A stretch of 45,143 nucleotides of DNA from Gammaproteobacteria bacterium (GTDB lineage Bacteria; Pseudomonadota; Gammaproteobacteria; Arenicellales; JAOTWM01). Position numbers and translations under genes: made by a program. The DNA is taken from positions 1 through 45,143 of the forward strand of contig JAOTWM010000002.1 in assembly GCA_029862885.1 (NCBI GenBank), in the 5' to 3' direction. Positions 9,380-20,256 of this stretch are shown here, piece by piece (the first letter of the stretch is position 1; the number at the start of each line of letters is the position of its first letter). The notes beneath the pieces were generated by a model. It ran no database searches and was not told the origin of the DNA. It saw only the letters and a program-made list of their open reading frames with translations.

Positions 9380-10483
9380 GTGACGGCCTATATTGTTCGG
9401 CGATTGTTACTCATGATCCCGACACTGTTCGCGATCATGGTCATCAACTTCGTCGTGATTCATGTCGCGCCGGGCGGCCCGGTGGAGCAAATTATCGCTC
9501 AACTGACCGGCCAAGGCGCGGATATTACGGAACGCGTGACCCGTAGCGGTACCGGTGAAAGCACGGTTCGCGCGGACACGGCTTCCGGGTCGAGTTCGGG
9601 TAAGTATCGAGGCGCGCAAGGACTGGATCCGGAGTTTATCGCGGAGTTGGAAAAACAGTTCGGTTTCGACAAACCGTTGCACGTACGATTTTTTTCCATG
9701 GTCAAAAACTATGTGCTGTTCGATTTCGGAGACAGCTTTTTCCGCGATCGCAAAGTCGTGGATCTGGTCATCGACAAGATGCCGGTTTCGATCTCACTCG
9801 GCGTGTGGACGACATTATTGGTTTACATGATCTGCATCCCGCTTGGTATCGCCAAAGCGAGACGCGACGGCAGCCGTTTTGATGTATGGACCAGCGTTAC
9901 AATCATTATCGGCACGGCAATACCGGGCTTTTTGTTCGCTGTTTTCCTTCTCGTCGTGTTCGCGGGGGGCAGCTATCTCGATTGGTTTCCATTGAGCGGC
10001 CTGACATCGGAAACCTGGAATGAGATGAGTTGGCCTAACCGTATTTTGGATTATTTCTGGCACCTCGTGTTGCCCATTACCGCGATGACCATCGGTGGCT
10101 TTGCGACCCTGACGATGCTCACGAAGAATTCATTTCTCGACCAAATTCATCAACAGTATGTGATTACCGCAAGGGCCAAAGGTTTGAGCGAACGCCGTGT
10201 CATGTATCGCCATGTGTTCCGTAATGCGATGCTTATCGTGATCGCTGGTTTCCCGGGCGCGTTTGTGGGCATTCTGTTTACCGGGTCACTATTGATCGAA
10301 ATAATTTTTTCACTTGATGGCCTCGGTCTATTGGGTTTTGAGGCCGCGTTTAACCGCGACTATCCGGTGATGTTCGGAACTTTGTACTTCTTCTCACTAC
10401 TGGGATTGTTGATGAACCTCATAGGCGATCTCATGTACACGATAATTGACCCGCGAATTGACTTCGAAGCGCGCGAGGTTTGA
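9380..10483 (+). CDS. yejB: Microcin C/peptide ABC transporter permease
   Basis: AYIVRRLLLMIPTL, PGGPVEQ, TKNSFLDQI, TARAKGL, DPRIDFEAR. GTG start at 9380. Confidence 0.93.
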   Translation: MTAYIVRRLLLMIPTLFAIMVINFVVIHVAPGGPVEQIIAQLTGQGADITERVTRSGTGESTVRADTASGSSSGKYRGAQGLDPEFIAELEKQFGFDKPLHVRFFSMVKNYVLFDFGDSFFRDRKVVDLVIDKMPVSISLGVWTTLLVYMICIPLGIAKARRDGSRFDVWTSVTIIIGTAIPGFLFAVFLLVVFAGGSYLDWFPLSGLTSETWNEMSWPNRILDYFWHLVLPITAMTIGGFATLTMLTKNSFLDQIHQQYVITARAKGLSERRVMYRHVFRNAMLIVIAGFPGAFVGILFTGSLLIEIIFSLDGLGLLGFEAAFNRDYPVMFGTLYFFSLLGLLMNLIGDLMYTIIDPRIDFEAREV

Positions 10484-10484
10484 T

Positions 10485-11549
10485 GTGACCAGCACTGCTG
10501 TTGCCACTTCGGGATTTTCAAAAATGAGGATATCGCCGTTAACGCGCCGTCGCTTTGACAGTTTTAGAGCGAACCGGCGCGGCTGGTGGTCGTTGTGGAT
10601 CTTCCTCGTGATTTTCGTAGTTACTTTGTTGGCCGAGGTTGTCGCGAACGATAAACCGTTTCTCGTTTACTTCGATGGCGGAGTGTATAGCCCGGTGTTT
10701 AAGGCATATCCCGAAACAGCGTTCGGCGGAGAGTTCGAGACGGAGGCTGACTATCGGGATCCTTTTGTGGCGGAGCTAATCAACATTAAAGGTTGGATGG
10801 TTTGGCCGGTGGTGCGCTACAACCACCGCACGGTTGCATGGGACCTACCGGTGCCCGCGCCGGCGCCGCCTGACTCTCAGCATTGGATCGGCACCGACGA
10901 CCAAGCCCGCGATGTGGTGGCCCGATTGATTTACGGATTCCGTATCTCGGTGCTATTCGGTTTCGCGCTAACGATAATCAGCGCTGTCGTCGGCGTCACC
11001 GCGGGCGCGGTGCAGGGGTATTTTGGCGGCTGGCTCGACCTGTTATTTCAGCGCTTCATCGAAGTTTGGGCGGGTCTACCGACATTATATTTGTTGATAA
11101 TTCTGGCCAGCATCGTCGAGCCGAATTTCTGGTGGCTGTTAGGGTTGTTACTGTTGTTCAGTTGGATGGGATTCGTCGGTGTCGTGCGGGCCGAGTTCTT
11201 ACGGGCTCGAAATTTCGACTATGTGCGCGCGGCGCGTGCACTTGGGGTCGGCAATCTGCAGATTATGTTTCGCCACGTATTGCCGAACGCGTTGGTGGCA
11301 ACATTGACCTTTTTGCCGTTTACGCTCGCCGGTTCCGTTACGATTCTGACTTCGCTGGATTTCCTCGGTATCGGCCTGCCACCGGGGTCTGCGTCTCTCG
11401 GAGAAGTGCTGGCCCAGGGCAAGGCGAATCTGCAGGCGCCGTGGCTCGGGCTCTCGGGATTCTTTGTCATAGCGATAATGCTGAGTCTGTTGATATTCAT
11501 TGGCGAGGCTGTACGCGACGCGTTCGATCCACGCAAAACAATCGGATAG
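10485..11549 (+). CDS. yejE: Microcin C/peptide ABC transporter permease
   Basis: NRRGWWSLWIF, YPETAFGG, GTDDQARDV, VRAEFLRARNFDYV, GEAVRDAFDPR. Confidence 0.92.
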   Translation: MTSTAVATSGFSKMRISPLTRRRFDSFRANRRGWWSLWIFLVIFVVTLLAEVVANDKPFLVYFDGGVYSPVFKAYPETAFGGEFETEADYRDPFVAELINIKGWMVWPVVRYNHRTVAWDLPVPAPAPPDSQHWIGTDDQARDVVARLIYGFRISVLFGFALTIISAVVGVTAGAVQGYFGGWLDLLFQRFIEVWAGLPTLYLLIILASIVEPNFWWLLGLLLLFSWMGFVGVVRAEFLRARNFDYVRAARALGVGNLQIMFRHVLPNALVATLTFLPFTLAGSVTILTSLDFLGIGLPPGSASLGEVLAQGKANLQAPWLGLSGFFVIAIMLSLLIFIGEAVRDAFDPRKTIG

Positions 11550-11558
11550 CGCATAGCA

Positions 11559-13199
11559 ATGAACACAGATCAACGCGCTACGCTGCTCGAGGTCGAGGAC
11601 TTGTCGGTCGGTTTTCGCTCGGGCCATCGCGACAACATCGCAGTGGATCGTATCTCGCTGCGTATCGACGAAGGCGAAACCCTCGCGTTGGTAGGCGAAA
11701 GCGGGTCCGGCAAATCGGTCACTGCGCTATCGATCATGCAACTGCTCCCCTACCCCGCCGCACATCATCCGAGCGGCAGCATCAAGTTTCGCGGGGAACA
11801 AGTGCTCGGGGCCGGGCCGGAGCAACTGCGGCGAATCCGCGGCGATCGCATCGGTATGATTTTTCAGGAACCGATGACGTCATTGAATCCGCTGCATAAA
11901 GTCGAAAAGCAGATCAATGAAGTGTTGATATTGCATAAAGGCTTGACTGAGTCCCAATCTCGGGAGCGTGCGTTGGAGCTAATGCGGCTGGTGCAGATTC
12001 GCGACCCCGAAAGCCGCCTGCATTCCTATCCACATCAACTCTCAGGCGGGCAACGCCAACGGGTCATGATTGCGATGGCGCTCGCCAACGAACCCGACCT
12101 GCTGATTGCGGATGAGCCGACGACCGCGTTGGATGTCACGATTCAAGCGCAGATACTTAAACTTCTTAAGGAATTGCAGCACAAACTCAAGATGTCGATG
12201 CTGCTGATTACCCACGACCTCGGTATCGTGCGCAAAGTTTCCGATCGAGTGTGCGTAATGCGGGGCGGTAAGATCCTCGAGCGGGGCCCGACCGAGCAGA
12301 TCTTTACCACGCCGGAGCACGAATACACCAAGGAATTGCTCGCGGCTGAGCCGTCGGACCATGAGCGGCCGGCCGATGCGAATGCCGCAGAGGTGATGCG
12401 CGCCGAGCAGGTGCGGGTATGGTTCCCGATACGCCGTGGGGTGCTGCGCCGTACCGTGGACTACATCAAAGCCGTGGACGACGTGTCGGTGCAGATTCGT
12501 GAAGGCCACACCGTCGGTGTGGTGGGGGAAAGCGGTTCCGGCAAAACCACTTTGGCGCTTGCGCTGCTGCGATTAATCAGCAGCAGAGGAGGAATTTGGT
12601 TCAAAGGTCAAGCGATCGACGCCCTCGGAGGCAAGATCCTCAAACCGTTGCGCAAGGAAATGCAGATTGTTTTTCAAGATCCGTACGGCAGCCTCAGCCC
12701 GCGGATGTCGGTCGGACAGATCATTGCGGAAGGGCTTGAAGCGCATAATATCGTCAAGCTTGAGTCGGAACAGGATGCACGCGTCGTCGCGGCGCTCGAA
12801 GAGGTCGATCTCGATCCGGACGTGCGCCACCGTTACCCGCATGAGTTTTCAGGTGGGCAACGCCAGCGCATCGCGATCGCGAGAGCGATGATTCTTAAAC
12901 CGAAGTTGCTGGTGCTTGACGAACCGACCTCGGCGCTCGACCGATCGATCCAGGTGCAGATCATCGAGCTGCTTCGCGGCTTGCAATCGGCGCATAAGCT
13001 CGCCTACATATTTATCAGCCACGACCTCAAAATCGTACGCGCATTGAGCGACGATCTCGTCGTGCTACGTGAAGGCCGGGTCGTGGAGCAAGGGTCGGCG
13101 GAGTCGATTTTCAATAACCCGGAGCACACCTATACCCGGGCGTTGCTCAAGGCTGCATTCGATTTAGAAACGGTGGAGAGTGCTGAGCTCGCGCAGTAG
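11559..13199 (+). CDS. yejF: ABC transporter ATP-binding protein with two NBDs
   Basis: Two GESGSGK Walker A motifs, two SGGQRQR signatures and two DEPT Walker B motifs. Confidence 0.93.
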   Translation: MNTDQRATLLEVEDLSVGFRSGHRDNIAVDRISLRIDEGETLALVGESGSGKSVTALSIMQLLPYPAAHHPSGSIKFRGEQVLGAGPEQLRRIRGDRIGMIFQEPMTSLNPLHKVEKQINEVLILHKGLTESQSRERALELMRLVQIRDPESRLHSYPHQLSGGQRQRVMIAMALANEPDLLIADEPTTALDVTIQAQILKLLKELQHKLKMSMLLITHDLGIVRKVSDRVCVMRGGKILERGPTEQIFTTPEHEYTKELLAAEPSDHERPADANAAEVMRAEQVRVWFPIRRGVLRRTVDYIKAVDDVSVQIREGHTVGVVGESGSGKTTLALALLRLISSRGGIWFKGQAIDALGGKILKPLRKEMQIVFQDPYGSLSPRMSVGQIIAEGLEAHNIVKLESEQDARVVAALEEVDLDPDVRHRYPHEFSGGQRQRIAIARAMILKPKLLVLDEPTSALDRSIQVQIIELLRGLQSAHKLAYIFISHDLKIVRALSDDLVVLREGRVVEQGSAESIFNNPEHTYTRALLKAAFDLETVESAELAQ

Positions 13200-13201
13200 T
13201 A

Positions 13202-13270
13202 TCGCTCCGGCTACGGACGGATCCGGGCGCCGTGGGAAACCCATAGCGCCGTAGGCCGGACACAGCGACA
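13202..13270. terminator. Extended nested stem-loop between convergent genes
   Basis: Pairings TCGCT/AGCGA, TCCGGC/GCCGGA, TACGG/CCGTA, GGCGC/GCGCC and GTGGG-AAA-CCCAT. Confidence 0.4.
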
Positions 13271-13350
13271 CCGAAATCCGGCATTCAATTAGATGGATTG
13301 AACCACCGCAAGCGATATCGTTCCATTACACAAGCCGAGTCTCGCCGACA

Positions 13351-13761
13351 TCAGGCGTCCTGCAAATCGACCAACCCATTCAACACGATCTCATCGTAGC
13401 CTATTATTCCTTTTATCTCGCTCTCCTCGAGAACCGGCGCCACCGCAAGCCCGAAATTGTCAAACAACCGAGCGCAATAACGTATATCCATATTCGGCGA
13501 AACGGAAATGACCGGCTTCGACATGATCTCATAAGTATTAACACGGTCTGGAGATCGGTTGTTGGCTAGGACGTATTTAGCGATATCGGATAAAAGAACA
13601 ATGCCGTACTCGTCGTCGTCGTCGCGTTTCCTCACGATCAGCGCCCGGGAGTTACGATTTTTCATGGTACGCAACGCGTCACGAACTACGGTCAGCCCAT
13701 CGACTAACTCATAGTCTTGGGTCATTACATCCCGGACTTTAATGCGTTTTCTCTGATTCAT
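13351..13761 (-). CDS. CBS-domain protein
   Basis: VRDVMT, YGIVLLSDI, EIMSKPVISVSPNMDIRYCARLF (CBS pair). ATG 13761 overlaps the stop of the PII gene. Confidence 0.88.
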   Translation of the reverse strand: MNQRKRIKVRDVMTQDYELVDGLTVVRDALRTMKNRNSRALIVRKRDDDDEYGIVLLSDIAKYVLANNRSPDRVNTYEIMSKPVISVSPNMDIRYCARLFDNFGLAVAPVLEESEIKGIIGYDEIVLNGLVDLQDA

Positions 13762-14108
13762 ATCTGCTGTTCCACAACATGGGTTAAGGTTTCGATTTGG
13801 TGAGCTACGCCAACCGCATCTTCGACATCGAGTTGTACCGCGATTCCGGTTCCCGGCGTAGCGTCGAATTCGCCAACGTCGGCGATACACTCCAAAATAT
13901 GACGACTTAGATGTTCTGCGACGAGAAACAACAACACATCGCGTTGGGACTCGAGAGTCAACCCGAGGAATGTTTTGCCCTTGGTCACACCTTCCCCACG
14001 AGCGTTATTCAGGATTGTCGCGCCGGTCGCACCAGCATCACGGGCGGCCTGCATGACGTTTTCGGTGTGACGATCTTCGACAAACGTCACAATCAATTTG
14101 AATCGCAT
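13758..14108 (-). CDS. P-II family signal transduction protein
   Basis: MRFKLIV...AARDAGATGATILNNARGEG...PGTGIAVQLDVEDAVG. Confidence 0.88.
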   Translation of the reverse strand: MRFKLIVTFVEDRHTENVMQAARDAGATGATILNNARGEGVTKGKTFLGLTLESQRDVLLFLVAEHLSRHILECIADVGEFDATPGTGIAVQLDVEDAVGVAHQIETLTHVVEQQI

Positions 14109-14149
14109 GGTGTGTTCTCCACGTTGGTTTACCGGTGGTTTACCGGTGA

Positions 14150-14935
14150 TTAAGGTCCTGCCTCGTCGGTCTCTTTTACCGGTCGGCGGTTGAAGTAGGC
14201 CGACAACTGCGCATAAGCCATTACGGTGATTATCGGAAACAAACACGCAAAAGCGATTAAGCCAAAACCATCTATCAAAGGATCGCGGCCCGGTACGGCT
14301 TCGGCGAGACCTAGCCCGAGTGCCGCAACCAGCGGTACCGTTACAGTGGATGTTGAGACCCCACCGGAATCGTAAGCCAGAGGTATGATTAATCTAGGAG
14401 CGAAGTAGGTTTGGGCGACTACGACAATATAAGCGGCGATTATAAAGTAGTGAATCGGCGCCCCCACGACAATTCGCCAAGTGCCCAGTGATATGCCAAT
14501 CGCTACTCCCAATGCGACCGCAAGCCGTAACCCCCATGTCCCGATCGCACCGGCCGAGTTTTTATTGGCTTGTATAGCCACCGCGATTAACGCCGGTTCG
14601 GCCATGGTTGTACCAACGCCCACTAGAAACGCAAAAACGTATACCCAAAGATAACTCGTCCAATCGACCGCGGCGTCGGACAATCCTCCGGTGACTTCCG
14701 GATGGGTCAATTGCGCCGCCATCAACCTGCCTATTGGAAACAATGCTTTCTCCAGACCGAACAGGAACAGCGCCATACCCAACACCACACACAGCAATCC
14801 GATCAGCGTGCGGCCCCAGTTGGGCATAGGCTTGCGGATCACAAAATATTGAAATCCGCCGAGGATCGCGATGATTGGTAGCACGTCGTGCAAAGTACCG
14901 TACAGGGCAGTCCAGATTTCTACTATCACATTCAC
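14150..14935 (-). CDS. DUF1538 family membrane protein
   Basis: [43 protein letters not shown]. Confidence 0.9.
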   Translation of the reverse strand: MNVIVEIWTALYGTLHDVLPIIAILGGFQYFVIRKPMPNWGRTLIGLLCVVLGMALFLFGLEKALFPIGRLMAAQLTHPEVTGGLSDAAVDWTSYLWVYVFAFLVGVGTTMAEPALIAVAIQANKNSAGAIGTWGLRLAVALGVAIGISLGTWRIVVGAPIHYFIIAAYIVVVAQTYFAPRLIIPLAYDSGGVSTSTVTVPLVAALGLGLAEAVPGRDPLIDGFGLIAFACLFPIITVMAYAQLSAYFNRRPVKETDEAGP

Positions 14936-15657
14936 GACAAGAACAATCCGTACAACATGACAAACAACATTGGGAACAATGATGCAAACGCGATAAGGCC
15001 AAAGCCGTCTATCATCGGGTTGCGGCCACGGATGCTGCGTGCGAGTCCGATACCGAGCGCGGTAACCAACGGTACGGTAATCGTAGAAGTAGTAACACCG
15101 CCGGAATCGTAAGCAATGCCTATGATCTCGCGAGGCGCCAGCGCCGTCAGCGCTACCACCAAACCGTAGCCCACCATGATCATGAGGTGCAGCGGCCAGC
15201 CCTTAAGAATTCGGATCACGCCGACCAAGATCGCGAGACCGACCGATATAGCCACGGTCAGCCGTAACTGCAAAGCGAATTTTTCGCGCGCAGTATCGGA
15301 TTCAACGATAAGACCGGACTGCGCGGCTACCGTGGAAGCTTCGTCGGCCACAGCAATCAACGCTGGTTCGGCTACCGTGGTGCCAAATCCGAGCGCAAAC
15401 GCGAATGCCAGCAGCCATACTGTACTGCCTTTCTTGGCAAACGCATAAGCCATCGATTCGCCGACTGGAAACAACCCCAGCTCGAGACCGTAGAGAAATA
15501 GCGCGAGTCCAAACATCACACAGATTACGCCCGTCAATAAATCCAGAACATTGGGCATCGGCTGCTGGAGGATGACGATCTGAAAGAAAGCAATGATGAT
15601 AATGATCGGAGCCAGATCCCGAGCGCTACTCAACAACGGCTGAAACAGAACACGCAT
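14932..15657 (-). CDS. DUF1538 family membrane protein
   Basis: [46 protein letters not shown]. Paralog of the neighbouring gene. Confidence 0.9.
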   Translation of the reverse strand: MRVLFQPLLSSARDLAPIIIIIAFFQIVILQQPMPNVLDLLTGVICVMFGLALFLYGLELGLFPVGESMAYAFAKKGSTVWLLAFAFALGFGTTVAEPALIAVADEASTVAAQSGLIVESDTAREKFALQLRLTVAISVGLAILVGVIRILKGWPLHLMIMVGYGLVVALTALAPREIIGIAYDSGGVTTSTITVPLVTALGIGLARSIRGRNPMIDGFGLIAFASLFPMLFVMLYGLFLS

Positions 15658-16016
15658 AGTAAGTTGCTTTTATCCTTTTGCTGAGTTGAATAAATGCGCG
15701 ATCGAGCAATTTTCGACCACGAACCAGACCGCAGCTGTCCAGTAATTGTACTGCCCCAACGGCGCATCGTTGCGACTTCCACGTACGATAACCCAAGCAC
15801 GACTATTGTTGAGCTGATAGAGCGCAAATAGTAATTCGCTCGAGGGCCACCCCTAGCAGCCGATGTCACAACAAGATGCCCCGCCAGGATGTTCTGCGAC
15901 GATCCGTCCGGGTTACAAGACATCCACAAGTGATGAGCATTAAAGGTATATTGATGTACATATAATGTCTATACTAGATCATTGGTAGATATCAGGGTAG
16001 GCGTCAATTATGCATA

Positions 16017-16075
16017 TAACTTATTGATGTATAGAAGATAATGCCAAATTCGTTAAATCTGGCATGAATCTTGGA
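16017..16075 (+). promoter_or_regulatory. Putative sigma54 promoter with upstream IHF site
   Basis: TGGCATGAATCTTGGA at 16060-16075 (GG-N10-GG, deviant -12). CATCAATAAGTTA (reverse strand, 16017-16029) closely matches IHF WATCAANNNNTTR. A sigma54 activator is encoded in the same locus. Confidence 0.6.
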
Positions 16076-16115
16076 TTGTAGTAGGTATCAATTTAACCAA
16101 TCCAAGGAGCAAATC

Positions 16116-16766
16116 ATGATGTCAACCCTAAAACGACTCTCAACCACGATCTTTAGCCGTGTCGATCATGCGGTGACCCAAATCGAGAATCACGACGCGG
16201 TGATCGAAGCGTCGGTGCGCGACGCCAAGCGCGCGGCGGCGCGCGCCAAGGTACGTTTGGCACGGGTTCACGCAGACGGCGAACGATTACGTACCCGAAT
16301 TACTAATGTGGAGAAGAGTAAAGTGAGTTGGGCCGAGCGCGCACGCTCGGTGGCCGTGAAAGATGAAGACACAGCCCTTGAGTGCCTGCGCCGCAGTAAA
16401 GCGTGTCAGCAACAACTCGAAGAACTCCGCGTGGCTCTGGAACGGCATCAATGTGTCGAGTCGCGTTTAGCCAGCGACATACACGAAGCCGAATCGCGAT
16501 TGGGCAATATTACGCAGCAACGTAACCTTATGCGTACGCGTCAGTCCGCTGCCGAGGCGCTGAAGTTTACGAGCACACTCGACCGTGCGCCAGCCAGCGA
16601 CCTAGACGACATCTTCGAGCGCTGGGAAGTTCAGGTGACGGAGACTGAGTTGGCTCTTGGCAACGATGACCCGGTCGACACGCTCGATCGCCAGTTTCTG
16701 GCCGATGAGGAACGCACCGAGCTGCGCGCCGAACTTTCCGCAATGCTTGCGAGCGACGAGGAATAG
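16116..16766 (+). CDS. PspA/IM30 family protein
   Basis: About 216 aa coiled coil with IENHDAVIEASVRD, WAERA...DEDTALECL and DDIFERWE pattern. AAGGAG RBS before ATG 16116. Confidence 0.8.
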   Translation: MMSTLKRLSTTIFSRVDHAVTQIENHDAVIEASVRDAKRAAARAKVRLARVHADGERLRTRITNVEKSKVSWAERARSVAVKDEDTALECLRRSKACQQQLEELRVALERHQCVESRLASDIHEAESRLGNITQQRNLMRTRQSAAEALKFTSTLDRAPASDLDDIFERWEVQVTETELALGNDDPVDTLDRQFLADEERTELRAELSAMLASDEE

Positions 16767-16769
16767 ATC

Positions 16770-18113
16770 ATGACAACCGACGCAACAAAAATCGACGCAG
16801 TGGACACACCGGAGCTTTCTAAATTCGCTCAATTGTTTTCGAGTTTCGAAAAACTATCCGGTTTACTGCGGATACTCGGCGCCTCAGTGCTGGTCGCCGC
16901 TATGTCCGTATTTCTGCTACAGAACTGGGATTCCGGCAACGATATCAATCGCTATTTACTATTGTTGGCTCACACCGTGATATTAGCCGCGGTGGGTTTA
17001 GCGAGTGGCCACTGGATCAGAGAAAATAAGGGGGCGCGGCTATTTCTCGCTCTCGCCTTAGGCTCGGTGGCGGTGAATTTTACGATTCTGGGTAGCCTTG
17101 TTTTTTCCCGATTTTGGGGGGAGGAATTGCTGATTTTGTATCCGCAATTCGCAACCTGGCGAGCGGAGAGTCTGATAAGTGCTCTGATCACGGCGGGAGG
17201 CAGTTTTGTGATACTGGCACCGGTCACATATCTGGGTTTCCTGACGCTCGCAAGGCGGTCGGCGGCGCATCTTACGCTACTAAGTATGCTCAGTAATGCG
17301 GCGTTGCTGCTGCCTTTTCGCAGCTCAATGGCCGTAACCTCCCTATTGATCGTGCTGACTTTGGTACTTGTCCACCAGCTCGCTGCGGCATCACGTCGTG
17401 ACAATACTCTGCAAAATGCCGAAGGCCGGTTTGCCCGTGTTGTGCCGCTGCTACCGCTAGGCATTATGCTTGGTCGGAGCTTGTACCTGTACTCTATCGA
17501 TGCATTCCTCGTAACCGCCGGTGGGCTTATGGTGTTTGCGATTCTGCGACAGGTTAGTTTACAAATGGGTGTGAAATCCAGGCTACGTATTGGCATTGAG
17601 CGTTTGTCCGTTTTTCCGGCATTGGTGACAGCGGGATCATCAGCCTGGCTGATTTCCGATACGTTCCCGACGACCGATGTATATAGCTTGCCGGTCGCGG
17701 GCATTGTGTTTGCGTGCATGATGTTCGAGCTGTCGCTACGCTCAATCGGCCGCGGCGCGGGTTTCCGCCGCATCGCGAGCATCGGGCTGGCGGCGAGTGC
17801 ATTAGTCAATCTGTTCATGGTTGGCGGCATCATGGCCGCGGCCCTGTGCTTATTGGTTGGCCTGGCACTCATCATCTATGGCGGCAGCGTACAGCAGCGG
17901 GTAATTGCCGGTTTGGGCTTGGTAACACTGTTATTCGGGCTCGGCTTCCAGGTTAGCTATGCCATCGATGCCTTCGATTTCGGCAGTTGGGGAAGCCTTG
18001 CACTACTAGGTACTGCTGCGATTATTGCCGGCTCGATATTGGAGCGTCATGGCGTCAACATTAAGACACGCGTAACGACTTGGTGCGAGCAGTTCGGCGC
18101 CTGGAGTAATTGA
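16770..18113 (+). CDS. Polytopic membrane protein (DUF2157-like)
   Basis: Numerous hydrophobic segments. Starts 3 bp after the pspA-like gene. Confidence 0.75.
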   Translation: MTTDATKIDAVDTPELSKFAQLFSSFEKLSGLLRILGASVLVAAMSVFLLQNWDSGNDINRYLLLLAHTVILAAVGLASGHWIRENKGARLFLALALGSVAVNFTILGSLVFSRFWGEELLILYPQFATWRAESLISALITAGGSFVILAPVTYLGFLTLARRSAAHLTLLSMLSNAALLLPFRSSMAVTSLLIVLTLVLVHQLAAASRRDNTLQNAEGRFARVVPLLPLGIMLGRSLYLYSIDAFLVTAGGLMVFAILRQVSLQMGVKSRLRIGIERLSVFPALVTAGSSAWLISDTFPTTDVYSLPVAGIVFACMMFELSLRSIGRGAGFRRIASIGLAASALVNLFMVGGIMAAALCLLVGLALIIYGGSVQQRVIAGLGLVTLLFGLGFQVSYAIDAFDFGSWGSLALLGTAAIIAGSILERHGVNIKTRVTTWCEQFGAWSN

Positions 18114-18134
18114 TCGCTCCCAACACCTACCGCG

Positions 18135-18166
18135 CAACGCCCCCGGCGATTCATACGGGGGCGTTG
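18135..18166 (+). terminator. GC-rich 11-bp hairpin
   Basis: CAACGCCCCCG-10nt-CGGGGGCGTTG shortly after the stop codon. No clean U-tract. Confidence 0.5.
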
Positions 18167-18232
18167 TCGCCTGCGGCGGTCGCTTTGATTCGACTGCATT
18201 TACTAGTTTAGACGACATCGGATTTATAACTA

Positions 18233-19723
18233 ATGACAACTCTACAACGATTGACGCCTGACGAACGCGGTTTTTTTGATACCGTCTCCTCAATTATTTT
18301 TTCAAATCCATTCACCGTAAATCGCGCTGCGATCGAGGCGGTTCTGGACCGATCGGCCGGAACAACAACTGGGAGTGCTGACCACTATTTCTGGGAATTA
18401 CTACCGGAAGTCGAAGCGAGCCTATCGAGACTGTCGGCTCGCGGAATCGTCAAATTGCAGTCGGTACAAGCATCCGATCGTGAGCGGCTGCGACACGTAT
18501 TTCTGTTCAAGGTCTACGATCGATACCTTACGCAGTTCGATGCTCTTATCCGGGCGCAGAGTCGCCACGGTGCTGAACCGCTTGCAGCGGAGTTCGGTCG
18601 CGAATTTCTTCGCGACCTGTACGACTACGGGTTCAGCGATGACGATGCGTTGAGCTATCTGGCGCTCTGCTATCAAGTGCGCCGCGCTTACTTCTTTATT
18701 TACCACACGCTGGTGGGTGACTCTAATAGCATGGAGGATCTGCGCCGGGCTCTCTGGGATAATGTCTTTACGGCCGATATTCGCACCTACCGCGATCACC
18801 TTCGTCACCGGATGGAAGATTTCTCCACGCTGTTGCTGGGCGAGACGGGCACCGGCAAGGGCTCGGCCGCAGCGGCGATCGGCCGTTCGGGACTGATTCC
18901 CTACGACCCGAAGTCCGGTCGCTTCAAGAGCAGCTTCACGGACACGTTTATTACCATCAATTTGTCGCAGTTTCCCGAGACTTTAATCGAGTCGGAGCTG
19001 TTCGGGCATCGCAAGGGCGCATTTACCGGCGCCATTGATCAACATGAAGGGGTATTTCAACGCTGCAGTGCATACGGATCGTTATTCTTGGATGAGATCG
19101 GCGAAGTATCGGTGCCGGTGCAAATTAAATTGCTCAATGTACTGCAGAATCGCGAATTCACGCCCGTCGGCGCGCACCATAGCAAGCGATTCTCTGGTCG
19201 CGTTATTGCCGCCACCAACCAATCAATCGAGACTCTACGTCGCGGCGGCCGTTTCCGGGACGATTTTTTCTATAGATTATGCTCAGATGTGATCGAAGTA
19301 CCGCCGCTACGAATTCGCATCGAGCAGTCGCCCACCGAACTCGAGCAATTGGTATCATTACTCGTAGAGCGCATGGTCGGTTCACCGAGCCCTGAACTTG
19401 GCAAGCAAGTGCTGGACGGATTACATAAGGATTTGCCAAAGGACTATGCTTGGCCAGGCAATGTCCGCGAACTCGAGCAAGCAGTGCGTCGCGTCGTGCT
19501 ACGCGGTTCGTATCAACCACAGGTTGATACCGACGCCGCCGATGTCGGCTGGCGCGATCGAGCCGTGCGCGGGCAACTGGGCGCCCATGAACTCCTGGCG
19601 TATTATTGCCAAGATCTGTATCAGCAATTTGGAACTTACGAAGAAGTCGCACGCCGCACCGAACTCGATAGACGTACTGTAAAAAAGTATGTGGAGTCGG
19701 GACGCACCCGAACGGCGCACTAG
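18233..19723 (+). CDS. Sigma54-dependent transcriptional activator (bEBP) with an unrecognised N-terminal domain
   Basis: GETGTGK Walker A, ESELFGHRKGAFTGA, LFLDEIGE, FRDDFFYRL, WPGNVRELE and a C-terminal HTH. Confidence 0.92.
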   Translation: MTTLQRLTPDERGFFDTVSSIIFSNPFTVNRAAIEAVLDRSAGTTTGSADHYFWELLPEVEASLSRLSARGIVKLQSVQASDRERLRHVFLFKVYDRYLTQFDALIRAQSRHGAEPLAAEFGREFLRDLYDYGFSDDDALSYLALCYQVRRAYFFIYHTLVGDSNSMEDLRRALWDNVFTADIRTYRDHLRHRMEDFSTLLLGETGTGKGSAAAAIGRSGLIPYDPKSGRFKSSFTDTFITINLSQFPETLIESELFGHRKGAFTGAIDQHEGVFQRCSAYGSLFLDEIGEVSVPVQIKLLNVLQNREFTPVGAHHSKRFSGRVIAATNQSIETLRRGGRFRDDFFYRLCSDVIEVPPLRIRIEQSPTELEQLVSLLVERMVGSPSPELGKQVLDGLHKDLPKDYAWPGNVRELEQAVRRVVLRGSYQPQVDTDAADVGWRDRAVRGQLGAHELLAYYCQDLYQQFGTYEEVARRTELDRRTVKKYVESGRTRTAH

Positions 19724-19772
19724 CCTACGTAGCGATTTGCATCACTGGTTCGAGTCGGATGTAATCTGCAAC

Positions 19773-20012
19773 GTGAACAAATCGACTCCGATTTCGCCCG
19801 ACCACGGGCAAATTCACTGGGAGGTGGAGATAGATGGGCAATGGCATCGGGTAAGCTCGCAAGCGCTTCCTGACAGCATCCGCAGTAAGAAATCGGTTCG
19901 CTTTGCGTACCAAGGCGGCATCATCGACGTGCCCGGTCCGAATGGGGAAACTCTCCGCTACCGATTGGTTCGAGGCGATAAAGAAAATGCTGATCTACAT
20001 ACTCACTTTTAG
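19773..20012 (+). CDS. Small hypothetical protein
   Basis: Protein-like composition (WEVEIDGQWHRV...YRLV) from GTG 19773. Confidence 0.45.
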   Translation: MNKSTPISPDHGQIHWEVEIDGQWHRVSSQALPDSIRSKKSVRFAYQGGIIDVPGPNGETLRYRLVRGDKENADLHTHF

Positions 20013-20256
20013 TATCGAGCGCTAGCACCGCGGCGACAGAGAACGGACAGCCAATGAGGAATTCTGCACTCCTAGCTGTCTGCCATCGCATTTGGAGAGA
20101 TCATGTCGGTGATTTCAGAAATATCTTTTGTGATCGAGAGTGCATATAATGAACTCAAATGCGATAACAATACCGATAAATTTCTATTTTTCATTTTAGC
20201 AATTCGCGAACCGTACTCTTCAACTTTACGTTCCATATCTAACTGAACGGCCCGAA

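Noticed and set aside
10883-11899. 338-aa alternative-frame ORF over yejE/yejF
   Set aside because: Arg-rich shadow frame of well-supported genes in GC-rich DNA, with no motifs.
15660-15950. Possible riboswitch in the long leader of the DUF1538 operon
   Set aside because: No recognisable aptamer consensus or terminator by eye. An Rfam scan would be needed.
16970-17875. 301-aa antisense ORF
   Set aside because: Lies wholly opposite the membrane protein gene and has the composition expected of an antisense frame.
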